Part shown: piece after piece, positions 29,183 to 38,931 of the stretch
Numbering within the stretch: position 1 is the first letter of the stretch
How the letters are laid out: every line of letters begins with the position of its first letter
Assembly (NCBI GenBank): GCA_963748625.1
Contig: CAVVJT010000007.1
Coordinates: 32,001 to 96,000 of the forward strand
Reading direction: 5' to 3'
DNA length: 64,000 bases
DNA from: an uncultured Chloroflexia bacterium
GTDB taxonomy: Bacteria > Chloroflexota > Limnocylindria > Limnocylindrales > CSP1-4
Made by a program: the position numbers and the translations under genes
Notes under the pieces: generated by a model
What the model was told of the DNA's origin: nothing
The model's input: the letters and a program-made list of their open reading frames with translations, nothing else
Database searches by the model: none

Positions 29183-30166
29183 CTACCAGCGCTGGTGGAC
29201 GAGCGGCTTGATGCGGCCTTCATACAGCTCCCACACCCGCTCCAGCGTCGCCGGGGGAAGCGGTGCCAGCGAGGCGGCGGCGGCGTTCGCGCGCGCCTGC
29301 TCGGGGGACTTGGCGCCGGGGATCGCCGTCGTCACCCCCTCGTGCATGAGGATCCAGCGCAGGGCCATCTGCGCCATCGTGGCGCCCTCGGGCACCAGCG
29401 CCCGCAGCTCCTCGACGACCTCCAGGCCCGTCTCGAAGTCCACGCCCGCGAACGTCTCACCGCGGTCGAAGGCGGCGCCGTCGCGGTTGTAGAGCCGGTG
29501 GTCGGACGAGGCGAACGACGTGCCCGACGACATCTTCCCGGTCAGCAGCCCCGACGCCAGCGGCACCCGGGCCAGCACGCCGACGTCGCGCCGCAGCGCC
29601 TCCGCGAGGAAGTGGTCCGCCGGCCGCTGGCGGAACATGTTGAAGATGATCTGGACCGAGGCGACACCCGGGAACTCGATCGCCTTGAGCGCCTCCTCCA
29701 CCTTCTCGACGGAGACCCCGTACGCGGCGATCACGCGGGCTGCGACCAGGTCGTCGAGCGCCGCGAAGATCTCGGGCATGTAGTAGGTCTGCGTGGGCGG
29801 GCAGTGGAGCTGGACGAGGTCGATGGTCTCCACGCCCAGGTTCTCCCGCGAGCGGTCGAGCCAGGCGCGGAACTGCTCCGGCGTGTACAGCGATGGATCC
29901 AGGGGCGCCCGGCGGATCATCTTGGTGGCCACGAAGAACGACTCGCCGGCGCGCTCGCGCAGGAACCGCCCGATCACCCGCTCCGAGCGCCCGTCGCCGT
30001 AGACATCGGCCGTATCGATGAGCGTCACCCCGGCGTCGGCGGCGGCATGCAGGGCCGCCAGGCTCGCGTCGTCGTCGACATCGCCCCAGTCGGCCCCGAT
30101 CGCCCATGCGCCAAAGCCGATGACGCTGACGTCGCGCCCGGTCTTGCCGAGCCTGCGGTACTCCAT
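29183..30166 (-). CDS. Aldo/keto reductase
   Basis: GFGAWAIG, IDTADVYGDGRSE, IDLVQLHCP, PLASGLL, AIPGAK. Confidence 0.92.
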   Translation of the reverse strand: MEYRRLGKTGRDVSVIGFGAWAIGADWGDVDDDASLAALHAAADAGVTLIDTADVYGDGRSERVIGRFLRERAGESFFVATKMIRRAPLDPSLYTPEQFRAWLDRSRENLGVETIDLVQLHCPPTQTYYMPEIFAALDDLVAARVIAAYGVSVEKVEEALKAIEFPGVASVQIIFNMFRQRPADHFLAEALRRDVGVLARVPLASGLLTGKMSSGTSFASSDHRLYNRDGAAFDRGETFAGVDFETGLEVVEELRALVPEGATMAQMALRWILMHEGVTTAIPGAKSPEQARANAAAASLAPLPPATLERVWELYEGRIKPLVHQRW

Positions 30167-30304
30167 GGGAACCTCCTCGTGTGTCAGGCTCCAGCCTACG
30201 CTGCGCTGATGTGACGAAGGGCCCTATCCCGACCGGCACCGGGGCAGGGACCATGCGCCCTTCACGCGCGACCGCGTCCCAGCGTGCACAGGAGGATCAC
30301 CCGG

Positions 30305-31435
30305 GTGGCTGACCTGACGACGGAGTTCACCGGCATCGCCTTCGAGAACCCGTTCCTGCTCGCCTCCGCCCCGCCCACCGAGTCGGAGGGCAACATCCAG
30401 CGGGCCTTCGAGGCCGGCTGGGGCGGGGTGGTCACCAAGACCATCGGGCTCCACCCGGTGGTCAACGTGCCCGGCCCCAAGACCAAGTTCCTCCGGCTCG
30501 ACAACGACAGCGCGCGCCTCTCGATGAGCAAGCGGCCGGACTCCACCCTGATGGCGTCCTGGAACTGGGAGCTCATCAGCGACAAGCCGATGGACTGGTG
30601 GCTGCCCAAGCTGCGGGCCATCAAGGCCAACTGGCCGAATCGCGTCCTCGTGGCCTCGATCATGGCGGGCTCCGGGAACGACCGGGAGCTCCACGCCTGG
30701 CAGACGCTGGTCGAAGGCGTGCAGGACGCGGGCGCCGATGCGATCGAGCTCAACTTCTCCTGCCCGCACATGGACCGCGTTGACATGGGCGCCAACGTGG
30801 GCAAGGACGCGGTGCTGTGCTCCGTCTCCACCCAGGCCGTGAAGGCCGTCGCCAAGGTGCCCGTGTGGGTCAAGCTCACGCCGGCCACGGCAGACATCGT
30901 GGAGGAGGCGCGCGCCACCTTCCTCGGCGGCGCCGACGCGATCGTGTCGTCCAACACCTGGCCCAGCGTGCCCACCGTGGACCCGCTCACCGGCGAGTTC
31001 GAGGTGAACGTGGACGGCATGGTGTCCGCGGGCGGCATGGGCGGCCCCGCGATCCTGCCGCTGTCGCTGGCGAAGATGGCGCAGATGGCGCAGGCGTTCC
31101 CCGACAACGCCTTCAGCGGGATCGGCGGCATCAGCACCTTCGCCGACGCGCTCAACTACTTCATGCTGGGCTGCGGGACGGTCCAGGTGGCCACCGCGGC
31201 GATGCTCGACCACGCCATTGGGCCCAACGTCATCCGCAACCTCAACGACGGGCTCGCCGCGTTCCTGGACCACAATGCGGGGCGCGGCTGGAACCGCCTG
31301 GAGGACTTCCGCGGGTACAACCGCAACCGGGTCGTCGCGCAGGGCGAGATCCGCCGGCCGGACGGCGCGGGCTACACGGGCGGCTACGAGGAGGACGCCG
31401 GCGAGGGCTACAGCCGCGGCGTCGTGCCCGGCTGA
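30305..31435 (+). CDS. preA: Dihydropyrimidine dehydrogenase FMN subunit (PreA-like, no C-terminal ferredoxin domain)
   Basis: AGGAGG RBS. NPFLLASAPPT, AFEAGWGGVVTKT, NWELISD, ELNFSCPH, WVKLTP, SGIGGI. Confidence 0.85.
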   Translation: MADLTTEFTGIAFENPFLLASAPPTESEGNIQRAFEAGWGGVVTKTIGLHPVVNVPGPKTKFLRLDNDSARLSMSKRPDSTLMASWNWELISDKPMDWWLPKLRAIKANWPNRVLVASIMAGSGNDRELHAWQTLVEGVQDAGADAIELNFSCPHMDRVDMGANVGKDAVLCSVSTQAVKAVAKVPVWVKLTPATADIVEEARATFLGGADAIVSSNTWPSVPTVDPLTGEFEVNVDGMVSAGGMGGPAILPLSLAKMAQMAQAFPDNAFSGIGGISTFADALNYFMLGCGTVQVATAAMLDHAIGPNVIRNLNDGLAAFLDHNAGRGWNRLEDFRGYNRNRVVAQGEIRRPDGAGYTGGYEEDAGEGYSRGVVPG

Positions 31436-31722
31436 CCTCGGAACGGCGGGCACCTGACCCTGTGAGCGGGGCGACTGGGGTGTCCGACGGCCCGATTTCG
31501 CTGGGCCATTGGACTCTCCGTGACCGTGGCGCCGCGCAGGCAACGTCTCGGCAGGGTTGGAAGCCCACGAAACCACCCGGCAGACGACTGCGCGGATGTT
31601 CACAATGTCGCGCAACGTCTCCCGGACACCCGAGGCGCATGGAGGGGCGCAGGGTGGAAGGGGGCGCAATCGTGGCCATAGGCCGGTGAAGGAACCGGCC
31701 GCAGCGGACCTGGAGGGAGCGC

Positions 31723-33284
31723 ATGGCAATGGCCCTGGAGCAGACCGTCCTACCGGATGGACGGGTCGAGCTCGCACCCGAGGTTGACGCAGGTCTCGGG
31801 ACGTCCGGCCTTCACAACGAGGACCTGGCCCCGGTCCCCATTGCGAAGCGCACCTGGACGACCTACAACTACCTGGCCCTGTGGGTCGGCATGGCGATCA
31901 ACGTGCCGACGCTGGGCGCTGGCCTCGGGCCTGATCGGCCCTCGGCATGGCCTGGTACCAGGCGATCTTCACGATCTTCTTGGGCAACCTGATCGTCCTG
32001 GTCCCGATGCTCCTGATCAGCCACGCGGGCACCAAGTACGGCATCCCGTACCCGGTCTTCGCGCGGGCCTCGTTCGGCACCTACGGTGCCAACCTGCCGG
32101 CCCTCATCCGGGCCGGGGTGGCCTGCGGCTGGTTCGGCATCCAGACGTGGATCGGCGGCACCGCGCTGTTCGCCGTCGTCGGCGCCCTGCTGGGCCCGGA
32201 CTCCTTCTGGGTGACAGCCGACAAGGTCTCGCATCGGCTATCGGCGTCGCGGCGTCGCCAGCCATGGACCGCGTGGCTCAGCTTCGCCATCTTCTGGGCC
32301 CTCAACATGATCATCGTGCTCTGGGGCATGGAGGCCATCAAGCAGTTCGAGAACTGGGCGGCCCCGTTCCTGATCGTCGTCTTCCTGGGCCTCATGATCC
32401 TGATGGTCGCCCAGGCCGGCGGCCTGGGCCCGGTCATGGCTGAGTCCGGCACCCTGGGCTGGGGTCCCGAGTTCTGGGCGATCTTCCCGCTCTCGCTCAT
32501 GGGCATGATCGCGTTCTGGTCCACCCTGTCGCTCAACATGCCGGACTTCACCCGGTTCGGGCGCAGCCAGACGGAGCAGGCGTCGGCCAGGCCCTCGGCC
32601 TGCCCACCACCATGACGCTGTTCCCGCTCGTCGGCGTCATCACCGACGTCCGCGACCGTGATCGTGTTCAAGGAGGCCGATCTGGGATCCGGTCACAGCT
32701 CACCGGCATGCTGGAGAACCCGATCCTGCTGATCATCATGCTCGCGGCCCTGGCCCTCGCCACGCTGACCACCAACGTGGCCGCGAACGTCGTGAGCCCG
32801 TCGTACGACTTCTCGAACCTCTGGCCGAAGCGCATCAGCTTCCGGACCGGCGGCATCATCACGGGCATCCTCGGCATCCTGATCATGCCGTGGAACCTGC
32901 TGCAACGACCCCAACAGCTACATCTTCACCTGGCTGGGCACCTACGGCGGCGCCACCGGCGCCATCGCCGGCGTCCTCATCGCCGACTACTGGTGGGTCC
33001 GCCGCAACAAGCTCAAGCTGGCCGACCTCTACCGCTCCGACGGCGTCTACGGCTACGCCAAGGGCTGGAACTGGATCGCGGTCGTCGTCGCTGCTGGTCG
33101 GCATCGTGTTCGCCATCGGCGGTGCGAATGGCGGCCCCTTCCCGGCCGAAGGGTTCATCCCGCTGCAGCTCTTCCGCGACTCTACGACTACAGCTGGGTC
33201 GTGGGCCTGGTCGTCGCATTCGTCCTCTACGGCGTGCTCACCCTCTCGCTCGGCAAGAAGCACCTCAAGGAGCAGATGGCCTGA
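31723..33284 (+). CDS. NCS1 nucleobase:cation symporter (several frameshifts)
   Basis: NEDLAPVP..RTW, GTKYGIPYPVFARASFG, ACGWFGIQTWIGG, TLSLNMPDFTRF, NVAANVVSP, PWNL, ADYW; fragments lie in different frames. Confidence 0.85.
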
Positions 33285-33324
33285 TCGCCGGGCCGGCCAC
33301 GCCGGCCCGCAACCCTGCACCAGC

Positions 33325-33356
33325 GGAGGCCCCGTCGCGGACGCGGCGGGGCCTTC
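33325..33356. terminator. Hairpin between convergent NCS1 and ArsB/NhaD genes
   Basis: ggaggccccgtcgcg-ga-cgcggcggggccttc. Confidence 0.6.
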
Positions 33357-33373
33357 ATCCGTGGATCGCGTCG

Positions 33374-34646
33374 TCAGGCCAGGTAGCGCACCCAGAGGTA
33401 GACGGTCGAGATCACCATCGACATCAGCACGGTGACCGACCCGTACTTGAGGAACTGGCCGAAGGTGATCGGGTGGCCGGCCTGGCGGGCGATGTTGGAG
33501 ACCAGCACGTTCGCCGATGCGCCAACGATCGTGAGGTTGCCGCCCAGGCACGCGCCCAGCGCCAGCGCCCACCACAGCGGCTCGGCGTTCATGCCGCTGG
33601 CGGCGAACTGCTGGACGACCGGGATCGCGGTCGCGGTGTACGGGATGTTGTCCACGATGGCCGACACGATCGCCGAGAACCAGAGCAGCGCGATCGTGGC
33701 CACGTCGGCCTGGCCACCGGTGACCTCGATGAGCCTCTCGGCGAGGCCCGCGATGATCCCGGTGGCCACGAGGCCCTCGACCATCATGAACAGGCCGATG
33801 AAGAAGAAGAGCGTGTTCCACTCGATCTCGCGCAGGGCCGTGCGCGGCTCCGTGCCGGAGACAAGGAGCATGGCCATGGCACCCAGCAGCGCGATGGTCG
33901 CGGGCTCCACCCCCAGCGCGCCGTGGGCGAGGAAGCCCACGATGGTCGCCCCGGTGACGACCAGCGCCCGGATCGAGGAGGCCCTTGTCCTTGATCACGT
34001 CGTCCTCGGTCGCCTCGAGCGCCTCGGTGCGTCGCTCCGAGGGGACCTGGAGATGGCCTTTGAACGTCAGCCACATGATCCCCAGGAACACGGCCATGAT
34101 GATGATGACCACTGGTGTCAGGTTCGCGAGGAACGCCCCGAACCCGAGGCCTGCCGCGGACCCGATCATGATGTTGGGCGGGTCGCCGATCAGGGTCGCC
34201 GTGCCCCCGATGTTGGAGCTCAGGATCACCGCCACGAGGTAGGGCATCGGCGACACGCCCAGGCGCTTCGACACGGACAGCATCACCGGGGTGACCAGCA
34301 CGACCGTGGTGACGTTGTCGAGGAACGCCGACAGCACCGCGGTCACCAGCGAGAGGATCATGAGCAGGGCGATCGGGCGGCCCTGCGACAGGGCCACCGA
34401 GCGGATGGCGATCCACTCGAAGAACCCGGTCTTCACCAGCACCGAGGCGATCACCATCATCCCGGCCAGCAGGAAGATGACGTCCAGGTTGATCGCCGCG
34501 AAGGCCTCGTGCTCGTCCAGGATGCCGAGCGCCACGAGCATCAGGCCCGCGATGACCGCCGTGATGGTGCGGTCCGGCTTCTCGATCGCGATCAGGACAT
34601 AGGCGATGACGAACAGGCCGCCAGCGATCCAGGCCTCGGGGATCAC
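33374..34646 (-). CDS. ArsB/NhaD (SLC13/P-protein-like) ion transporter (frameshift near 33975)
   Basis: SAFLDNVTTV, SNIGGTATLIGDPPNIMIG, IEWNTLFFFIGLF, SAIVDNIP, LGACLGGNLTIVGASAN. Confidence 0.88.
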
Positions 34647-34789
34647 CGGTACACCAGCGGTGACGCGGTCCCGTGCACGGTCACGTCCATGGGCTGCATC
34701 GGCTGGGCCATCGGCGAATTATGGTGCCCGGCAAGCGGGCGGGTGGGGCGTTCCCGTGGTGCCGGGCGGCGGAGACGGCCTCGGCAGCC

Positions 34790-36412
34790 TCAGCGGCCCA
34801 GGCGCCACTGCCAGCGGCGGGCGGCCTGGAGCCTTGCCTGGAGCTGGCTCTCGGTGGCCTCGGTCACGCGGCGGATGCCCGCCAGGCGGTTCAGCTCCAG
34901 GTTGACGGCGGCGAACGTCAGGCCCGACACGCGCGCGATGTCCTTGGCCGCCTCGGCGTTGGCGGCCCGCAGGCGGTCCTTGACCTCGCGGCGGGTGAGA
35001 CCCGTGCCGTCCATCGGCAGCGCGGCGAGCGGCGGCGGCGGCCCGAGCTCGAAGTCGATGGAGCCGTCGGCGCCGTCGGCCCAGTCGTCGGGGAGCGCCT
35101 CGTTCCAGGGGGCGACAGCCGCCGCCTCGCCCGTGGCCACGGCGGACAGCGCCGCGAACAGGGAGAGCTGGTCGCCCATCATCGGCTGGTCGTCCGGCCC
35201 CTGCTGCTGAGGCAGCGTGTCGTCGTCCTCGCCGCGGGCCTTCTTGCGCAGCGAGTGGCGGCGCGCCTCGGCGATCTCGGCGGCCCGGATGCGCAGCCGG
35301 AGGTCGTCGGGGATGAACAGCCAGGCACGCTGGTCGCGGATGCCCGGCGTCCAGCGCACGAAGCGGCCCACCGCCTGGCGGAAGAAGAGGTCCGTCGTGA
35401 CCGTCGTCGCGTAGACGCCCACGCGCAGCCGCGGGATGTCCACGCCCTCCGACACCATGCGCACCGCGACCAGCCACGGGTCCGACGAGGACGCGAACTT
35501 CGCGATCTTCGCCGAGGCCTCCGGGTCGTCCGACGTGACGATCTCCGCCGGCCGGCCGATCTCCTTGCGCAGCAGCTGGGCGATGCCGCGGGCGTGGTCC
35601 TGGTCCATGGCGATGACGAGGCCGCCGGCGTCTGGCTGGTGGCGTCGGACGTCGTCAAGCCTGGCGACGGCGTCACGCATGACGGTGGGCAGCCACTCCC
35701 CGTCGATGGAGAGCGCGGTGCGCAGGCGCTGGTTCGCGAGCTGGTTCGCGAGCGGGTCGTCGAAGGTGGCCTGGTACACCGCGCCGTCTGGCGCGCTCCA
35801 CTCCATCTCCCCGCCGACGCGCGGGAAGTACACCGGGCGCACGACGCGGCCGTCGCGGAGGGCATCGCCGTAGCCGTACTCGAAGTCGGGGACGGCCTCG
35901 TCCTGCTCGTACCGGACGAACGGGATGGCGCGCGTGTCGGAGCGGAACGGCGTGCCCGACAGGCACAGGCGGCGCGCGCTCTCGCTGAACGCCTCGCGGA
36001 CGGCGTCGCCCCAGGCCTGCTCGTCGCCGGCGTGGTGGACCTCGTCGAGGACGACGTAGGCGCCGCGGGCGAGCGGGCGCAGCTCCTTCGCCGACATCGC
36101 GACCTGCTGGTAGCTCGTGACGACGCCGTGCATGTCCGGGGGCATCGCCCCGTCGGCCGGCGTCCAGGCCGGGTCCAGGTGGAGGCCCAGCTTCGTGGCG
36201 GCGGCCGCCCACTGGACCTTGAGGTGGGCCGTGGGCGCGACGATCACGACGCGGGCCGGCTGCTCCGCGAGAATGGTCCGCAGGGCGGCCAGGGCGAACG
36301 TCGTCTTGCCGGCGCCCGGCGTGGCGACGGCGAGGAACTCCGGCCGGCGCGTGGCCGCATACCGCGCGAGCGCGGCGTGCTGCCAGGGGCGGAGTCGGAC
36401 GCTGCGGGACAT
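34790..36412 (-). CDS. Superfamily II DEAD/DEAH-box helicase (ResIII-like)
   Basis: LRPWQ, ATPGAGKT, DEVHH, SGTPFRSD, VRMVSEGVDIPRL, FRQAVGRFVR. Confidence 0.9.
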   Translation of the reverse strand: MSRSVRLRPWQHAALARYAATRRPEFLAVATPGAGKTTFALAALRTILAEQPARVVIVAPTAHLKVQWAAAATKLGLHLDPAWTPADGAMPPDMHGVVTSYQQVAMSAKELRPLARGAYVVLDEVHHAGDEQAWGDAVREAFSESARRLCLSGTPFRSDTRAIPFVRYEQDEAVPDFEYGYGDALRDGRVVRPVYFPRVGGEMEWSAPDGAVYQATFDDPLANQLANQRLRTALSIDGEWLPTVMRDAVARLDDVRRHQPDAGGLVIAMDQDHARGIAQLLRKEIGRPAEIVTSDDPEASAKIAKFASSSDPWLVAVRMVSEGVDIPRLRVGVYATTVTTDLFFRQAVGRFVRWTPGIRDQRAWLFIPDDLRLRIRAAEIAEARRHSLRKKARGEDDDTLPQQQGPDDQPMMGDQLSLFAALSAVATGEAAAVAPWNEALPDDWADGADGSIDFELGPPPPLAALPMDGTGLTRREVKDRLRAANAEAAKDIARVSGLTFAAVNLELNRLAGIRRVTEATESQLQARLQAARRWQWRLGR

Positions 36413-36520
36413 GGCACCAAGTGCGAAGGGGGAGGACGGGGCCCGGGACGCGCGACTCGGCCGCGCATGGCCACGGCGCAGCGGCAACGGGGCCACCGCA
36501 CGGGCCGATGGTACCGAGGG

Positions 36521-37009
36521 CTAGGGTTCGCCGCTCCTGGCAGCCGGGTCCCGGAAGGCCGGCATCCGGCCGACGGCGACCAGGAGCCCTTGGATCAGCG
36601 CCTCGGGGCGAGGCGGGCACCCCGGCACGAGGACGTCGACGGGGAGGACCTCGCCGATGCCGTCCCGCCCGGCGTAGCTGCCGGCGAACACGCCGCCGCT
36701 GATGGCGCACGCGCCGACGGCCACCACGAGGCGCGGCTCCGGCATCGCCTCGTACGTGCGCAGGGCGGCCTCCTCGAGGTTCCGGGTCATCACGCCCGTC
36801 ACCAAGAGGACGTCCGCATGGCGCGGCGAGGCCACGAAGTCGATCCCCAGGCGTTGGAGGTCGTGGTACGGGTTCAGCAGCGCGGCGATCTCCCAGTCGC
36901 ATCCGTTGCAGGACCCTGCGTCCAGGTGGCGCACATGGAGGGACCGTCCGAGGCGGCGACGGGTGGCGTGCCGGAGCTCGCGTGCCTCGGCGGAGTCGGG
37001 CGTGGTCAC
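36521..37009 (-). CDS. Group 4 hydrogenase/Ehr small subunit (HycG/NuoB-like)
   Basis: DAGSCNGCDWEI, SPRHAD, GACAISGG, PGCPPRP. Confidence 0.9.
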   Translation of the reverse strand: MTTPDSAEARELRHATRRRLGRSLHVRHLDAGSCNGCDWEIAALLNPYHDLQRLGIDFVASPRHADVLLVTGVMTRNLEEAALRTYEAMPEPRLVVAVGACAISGGVFAGSYAGRDGIGEVLPVDVLVPGCPPRPEALIQGLLVAVGRMPAFRDPAARSGEP

Positions 37010-37350
37010 GGCCGGTCCTCCAGGGGGCGCTCGATCACGAGCGACGCCCGCGTCGCGGCCGCGAGCTCGATCCGCCCCCCGAGGACCAGGGCACCGGTGG
37101 GGCAGGCCCGGGCACAGGCTGCGCAGAAGATGCAGGCGCCGGCGTCGAGCACCCAGGCCGCGTCCGTCACCCTGATCGCGGCGGTCGGGCAGGCGGCTGC
37201 ACAGGCGGCGTTGCCGTCGCAGCGTGCGGCGTCGAGCTCCGGCAGCCCGCGGGCCACAGCGGCCAGGACAGGCGGCTCGGCAGGGTAGCGGCTGGTGACC
37301 GGGCCGCGCCGGAGCGGCCGCAGGATTCGGTCGAGGACGTCCATCGGCAT
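37006..37350 (-). CDS. 2x[4Fe-4S] subunit (HycF/NuoI-like)
   Basis: VTSRYP, CDGNAACAAACPT (one Cys replaced by Asn), CIFCAACARACPT. Confidence 0.85.
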   Translation of the reverse strand: MPMDVLDRILRPLRRGPVTSRYPAEPPVLAAVARGLPELDAARCDGNAACAAACPTAAIRVTDAAWVLDAGACIFCAACARACPTGALVLGGRIELAAATRASLVIERPLEDRP

Positions 37351-37352
37351 GC

Positions 37353-38930
37353 TCAGCGGTCCGTGCAGGCGTAGCAGAGCTCGAAGCTCTTGTTGATGAG
37401 CGGGAAGTCGGGGACGAGGTCACCGGGCACGGCGGCTGCAACGACCGGCCAGTTGGCGAACGACCCGGAGCGCAGTCGCAGCCGGTCGATGGTGCCGTCC
37501 TCGCCGGCCCGCAGCCAGATCCACGAGGCGCCTCGCGGCCCCTCGGCGGCTCCGAGCGCCGTGGCCCCCACGGGCGGGGCCGGCAGCCTGCGGCCATCGA
37601 CGGCCACCGGGCCGCCGGGCAGCCTCGCGACGACCGAGCGCAGGATCCGCAGCGATTCGACCGCCTCCTGCGCGCGCATGTGGAAGCGGGCAGCGGCGTC
37701 GCCCGTCGCGGCGGTCGCGACCTCCACGCCGCACTCGGGGTAGGCGGCGTAGGGACGATCAACGCGGAGGTCGACCGCGATGCCGGACGCCCGGGCCGCG
37801 ATCCCCAGCGCGCCCAGGGCCTCGGCGGTCTCGAGCGGGACGACGCCCGCTCCGTGGAGGCGCGCCATCACCCCCGAGGAGCGGACAAGGGCCCGCACCG
37901 CCGATGCGAGCTCGGTCCCGACCTCGCCCAAGAGGGCCGGCAGGGCGGCGAGGCCCGCCGGGTCGAGGTCGGCCGCGAGCCCGCCTGGGACGATCATGCC
38001 GGTGAGGTACCGGTGGCCGGTGAGCGCGTCGTTGGCTCGGAGGAGCCGTTCCTTGAGCCAGCCGAGCCGCGACACGCCCGGGTAGAACCCGATCCCCGCG
38101 CAGATGTTGCCGAGGTCGCCCACATGGTTGTAGAGGCGTTCCAGCTCCGCCAGCAGCACGCGGGCGAAGCGGGCGCGCGGGGGCACGGTGACGCCGGTCA
38201 AGGACTCGACGGCGTCCGCGTAGGCGAGCGCATGGGTGACCGTGCACACGCCGCAGGCGCGCTCGACGACGGGGGTTGCCGCAGCGAACGTGCGGCCCTC
38301 GACCAGCTTCTCCAACCCGCGGTGGGTGAAGAACAGGCGCGCATCGAGGTGCAGGACTCGCTCGCCGATCGCGGAGAACCGGAAGTGGCCAGGCTCGATG
38401 ATCCCGGCGTGGATCGGCCCGACGGGCAGCTGGTAGACGCCCTCGCCGTGCACCTCGAATGGCACGAAGCGCCGGTCGCCCACGGGCGCGCGCTCACCCG
38501 CTGGGACGTCCTTGCGCAGCGGGTGGTAGCCCCGCGGCCAGCGCTCGTGGAGGACCAGCCGCCGCGGGTCCGGATGCCCGATCGGGACGATCCCGAACAG
38601 ATCGCGCATCTCGCGCTCGTCCCAGTGGGCCGCCGGGACGAGCGGTGTGATCGACGGGTACGTTGCGGCCTCGAGGGGGATCGCCGATCGGAAGCGGGCG
38701 AGCGAGCCGTCTGGACGCATCGCCACCGCCTCCACCCCATAACGGTCGCTCCCGATGGCCCGGTCGTCGAGACCAACCAGCGTGACGAACCGTCCGCCGG
38801 CGTCGAGCACCTCGCGGACCCGCGCCCCCAGCGCCTCGGGGACCACCTCGAGCACCGCGACCTCTGCGGATGCGGGGGCGGCGGCTGATGCGCCCTGGCG
38901 GCGGGTCCCGGAATCCAGCGTCTCAGCCAT
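37353..38930 (-). CDS. Group 4 [NiFe]-hydrogenase-type large subunit (NuoC/D-like fusion, HycE/EhrL-like)
   Basis: EREMRDLFGI, GPIHAGIIEPGHFRF, HRGLEK, L1 motif ERACGVC, ELERLYNH, EGPRG, C-terminus DFPLINKSFELCYACTDR. Confidence 0.9.
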   Translation of the reverse strand: MAETLDSGTRRQGASAAAPASAEVAVLEVVPEALGARVREVLDAGGRFVTLVGLDDRAIGSDRYGVEAVAMRPDGSLARFRSAIPLEAATYPSITPLVPAAHWDEREMRDLFGIVPIGHPDPRRLVLHERWPRGYHPLRKDVPAGERAPVGDRRFVPFEVHGEGVYQLPVGPIHAGIIEPGHFRFSAIGERVLHLDARLFFTHRGLEKLVEGRTFAAATPVVERACGVCTVTHALAYADAVESLTGVTVPPRARFARVLLAELERLYNHVGDLGNICAGIGFYPGVSRLGWLKERLLRANDALTGHRYLTGMIVPGGLAADLDPAGLAALPALLGEVGTELASAVRALVRSSGVMARLHGAGVVPLETAEALGALGIAARASGIAVDLRVDRPYAAYPECGVEVATAATGDAAARFHMRAQEAVESLRILRSVVARLPGGPVAVDGRRLPAPPVGATALGAAEGPRGASWIWLRAGEDGTIDRLRLRSGSFANWPVVAAAVPGDLVPDFPLINKSFELCYACTDR

Positions 38931-38931
38931 G

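Noticed and set aside
34790-36412. Helicase as part of a defence or restriction system
   Set aside because: Stand-alone SF2 helicase with no adjacent methylase, nuclease or other defence genes.
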